DNA of 64,000 bases from Selaginella moellendorffii (taxonomy: Eukaryota > Plantae > Lycopodiophyta): positions 976,063 through 1,040,062 of the forward strand of contig NW_003314299.1 of assembly GCF_000143415.4 (NCBI RefSeq), in the 5' to 3' direction. The translations under genes were made by a program, and so were the position numbers. Below, in pieces: positions 60,231 to 64,000 of this stretch. Under the pieces are notes generated by a model, which was not told where the DNA came from, did no database searches, and worked only from the letters and a program-made list of their open reading frames with translations. The stretch's first letter is position 1. Each line of letters starts with the position of its first letter.

Positions 60231-63200
60231 TTTTGATTTTCCTTAGAAAAAAAGGTTTTTTGGATTGTTATACCTTTATCCCTTTTTATATGAATAATCT
60301 TACTTTAATACCAAAAAGGTATTTACTCATTTAAGTTATGTGATGCATAGAATATTTTTAATTTTTATACATTTTTATTTATCCACCCTTTGGTGGGTCC
60401 ACAATATGATTTCTCAACCTCCCTATTTTGAGTTCATGCTAGGTTTAGAAGAGTGTTGGTACCTATGGTTTTGAGAAAAATGGTTTGGAAATACCAGCAC
60501 ATCTTAGCTTGCAAGAATAGACAAAAACGCTATATGTGTGGTTTGTTTCTCTATGACCTAATCAACATTTCATCTTGCAACAGCAATTGTTTGAGATCCA
60601 GGAGTCTAGGAGGCTCCCCCAACTCTCAAATCACATGTTTGGACCAACTTTGGTTTCCATGGTTTTTGGAAAAATTAGGATGATCATTTGCTTGTCAATA
60701 AGTGCATGATTGTTTTTAGGTTGTTGTGGTTGCTCTAGAACACACACACACAAGCCCATCATCTACAAGGAGGATCACAACATCTTTATTTGTTATTGGA
60801 CAAAGCAAGGTAAGACACAAATGTGGCAAATGTTTGCTCTCATATATAGGTCTATGTTTGTATGAACAATGAGAGTGAGCAAGAATGTAATAGTCAAAGA
60901 TCTTGCAGTTTCAAGACATCAATGTAGATGAAGTGTGCTAGGTAGATGAATTGGTTTGTGAGGTAAGATCTCCTTGTCTTGATGCAATGAAAGAGTTCGC
61001 ACAGATTGGGTCATGTTGGCAGCTCCTTCAGTTGCAAAGGTTTCTACCTCTTGAGCAGGAGAAAAAAAAAATTTAGTTCCAAGAGATTCTCTTTTATTGC
61101 AGCTGGGTTGCAACAGCTATCCTAATGCTTTTCTTCTCAGGTTCATCCATCCAGGGCATGATCAATTAGTGGTGGTGCTGCCTCTCATGTTTGTCCTGTT
61201 AAACATGTGAATTTTTGGAATGGGGTTTTCTTGAGTGGTCATCACTGCCTAGGGTTTTTATGGGACAAAGTTAACATGAAGGTAGGGTGTGATTTCTTGG
61301 TAAGGATTCTGGGAATTCTCATTTCTCACTAGTTTTTTTCTCTCACATATGTAATTTGTCCTTTCTAGATGCAACAGCATGTAGTTTCTCAGAAAATAAA
61401 ATGCTGGCATTGCAATATCCATCAAACTTGGTGCTGGATAAATACATGTATTATCTCTTTTATTTTATCTCTCTCCAAGTTTATATTAATTTGTTATGTA
61501 GGCAGTCTATATAGCAAATGCTCAAGTTGGAAGTCTAGAGAGACTATTACCCCAAAATCTATAAAGTGAAGCTCCAAAAGTATATATAGAGTAGGATGAT
61601 AAATGTGAAGATGGATCTAGGGCAGCTAATAATGAAGAGCTTTGAGTGAAATCCTTGCAAATTTTTTTTTAGTCTAGGCCTTGGGAAGCTGGGAAAGAAA
61701 ATTGTGAACAACCTTTCACATTTTGACTCTAAAGTTTTATGTGAGTCTCAAGCCAGTAAAGTGGTGTAAATAGTAAATATTAAACTTTGTGTTGCTATTC
61801 CCTAGGAAGGTGAATATTGTCCTAGATAAAATTGGTCATAAACCAAGTTCTTTCTTCTCCTGGAATTATCAGAAATTAAATTAAATTTAAAATTAAATAA
61901 CTTCTGAATGAACTCAAGTTAATTAGTAAAATCTACAGCCAAATTATTATGTTTTTGATTAATAATTTTACTAAGAGTTGGTATAATTGATTGTAAACAA
62001 TTTCGTCCTAGATTTTTTTGGGCAATACTAAAATAATAATCTATAACCATAAGGAGGAGTTGCTAATTGTTAGATCCAGCCAATGGCATGGGTAACTATC
62101 AAAGGGTTATTTGTTAACTATGTCTTACTGAATAATACTATAGAGGGAGGTTGCTGATTGTCTAGGCGAGATAAGAAGTTGTTATAGCACATGTCATAGG
62201 CATGTGTTAACTGGGATTGACACTCAACTTTTTAAACTGTCAATCCAGCCAATGAAGGTCATTTTTTTAACCATGTTTTAGCTAATTTCTATCCTAAAAG
62301 AAAAATTGCACTTACTTGGGCAAGATGGGGATTCTAGGGCATTTTCTATGGGTGTGCAATGGCATCATAAGTGAAGGAGTATATTAATATTTATGCTCAG
62401 GAAAATTAGTGATGTCAAGTTAATCAAGTCAATGGTATCTCCTAGTTCCCCATAATGCTCAAACTCATTGACTTTAAAAGATTGGTTTCAAGCTAAATTT
62501 TAAGTATTTTCAAAGATTGGAAAATGAGTCTTAGCAATGTGTGTTTTGTTAGAGTTCACTGGCTCAAAATCATCATCTAATCAAAAGCAATTACCCATGC
62601 TCTAGGATGGGCACTTATGATGTGTTACATTGCAGTAGATAAGAGACTAGAGGAAGCTCAAAGAAAAGAAAGGATTGATGGCATAGCAATTTTGATGGTG
62701 ATGTTTTGGTATATTGATTAGTTTAAATATTATTATTGTGATTAAAATTATCACTTTAACTTTAGCACTATCAAAAATTTCTTGATTTTCTATAAATGGA
62801 TATTGGTATTCTCTTGACCATTTAAGAAAATTGAAAACCAATTACTTTATTTTTACCTTTTCTAAGATGTATAATCTTAAAAAAAGAAGTCTTTGTGTTA
62901 GTGGTGGAAGGCTTTGCCAACCACCCAATATTTACTAGGAAATTGCTAATATTTATATAGGTAAAATTTAAGAATAAGAATCTATGCCTTTTGCAACTAT
63001 CAGATTGCAAGTCCAAGCCAGCCTTAGTTTCTATAGTACCTAGGAAAATTAGGATGATGTTTGTCTACCAATGGAATTCTAGCACATCTTTGTTTGTTAT
63101 TGGATAGAGCAAGGGAAGGCACAAATATGATGAGACCATAAGGGACAATTGGCACTAAACTAAAGAAGTCTCCAACACAAAAACTTTGAGCATGAGAAAG

Positions 63201-63512
63201 ACCACAAAAAGATATTGAGATTCCCAAACATAAAAAATCGTGCCAATTGTGTCTTTGGCCAATATAATTCACAGCCAATTGCCCTTGAGCTGCCCTATGA
63301 GAGCATGACAGCTGTTGCTCACCCAGCTCATCGCCCAAGATACATGTTGCACTTTGTTCTTCTCTGGCAAAATGGTCTGCAAAGATTTGATTGGTTCATT
63401 GCATAGAAAATCTCTAAAAGAAAACAAATAATATATAAAGAGTAAAATAAGGTTACAAATAAATAAATTACCAACACCAATTCTCAAACCCCATATGAAC
63501 CAGTGATCATTC

Positions 63513-64000
63513 CTACGATCCCAGAGTAGTATACTTGCAGAAGAATTCATGGTTTACAAGCTTCTTCATATGGATTGCAGGTAGCGAGATGAGCAGCCGC
63601 CGGTGCCTTCCTCCTCTTGGGCTGGGGAGAATCACCGTCACACCGTTCCCATACCACGGCGGCTGCATTACCAGAGAGTAGTGTACAGTCTTTCCCCATC
63701 CAAAATCAACGCTGTACACAGGGAAACTGTGCAAGCTCGTGCTGTAGATCCCAGTCCCCGACACAAAATCACCATTTAGATTGATCTTCCTTCCTCTGCC
63801 CAGCTCCATCTCCATCCAATCGATGGCGGATTGCATGTGTTCTTGAGTGGTGCTTAGGATATCCTCGTGGAAGAGCCTCGCAGCGTAGGAGAGATGGCGG
63901 GATTTGATGTCCCCGGCCTTGGCAGTGAGGCATGGCGAGTGGATGCTGTTGCCAATGTACGAGGCTGGGACTGGGGGGTTCCAGCGGTTCTTGCCCTTGA
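63513..64000 (-). CDS. BAHD acyltransferase paralog, 3' part (continues beyond the window)
   Basis: Near-identical to 58670-59157 in inverted orientation; DFGWG motif and the same stop. Confidence 0.88.
   Translation of the reverse strand, partial: KGKNRWNPPVPASYIGNSIHSPCLTAKAGDIKSRHLSYAARLFHEDILSTTQEHMQSAIDWMEMELGRGRKINLNGDFVSGTGIYSTSLHSFPVYSVDFGWGKTVHYSLVMQPPWYGNGVTVILPSPRGGRHRRLLISLPAIHMKKLVNHEFFCKYTTLGS

Overview
Eukaryotic plant DNA, probably a lycophyte such as Selaginella. This is inferred from ~50-65 nt introns, the style of the PLS-type PPR fragments and the chromovirus retrotransposons. The window is a mosaic of duplicated, mostly decayed host-gene blocks: PPR, gamma-glutamyl hydrolase, SPOC and tRNA-Glu pseudogenes, plus a BAHD acyltransferase cluster with one intact copy at 57741-59157. 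A four-level transposon nest interrupts it: old TRIM > Athila-like gypsy (~7650-37695) > chromovirus (13448-~31850) > a 12,598-bp DNA transposon (16735-29332). The DNA transposon is the main result. It has 24-bp TIRs and a 5-bp TSD (ACTTC) that splits the host RNase H exactly at KPFEV|HCDA. It carries a ~1022-codon Sola-like DDD transposase on the minus strand and a divergent spliced gene of ~1280 aa fusing a ParB/Srx-like domain to an FCP1-type HAD phosphatase. At least 25 copies of a 22-bp palindrome (ATGGCRTG-N6-CAYGCCAT) occur inside it and were not seen outside. Together this suggests a transposon-borne ParB/parS-like self-recognition or anti-silencing system (inference). Also notable: a full-length chromovirus (46451-52106) with a Tf1-like self-priming PBS, a complete 674-bp TRIM, and BAHD genes whose catalytic His is replaced by Glu and that need a GC-AG intron. 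All motif calls were made by eye; no searches were run.
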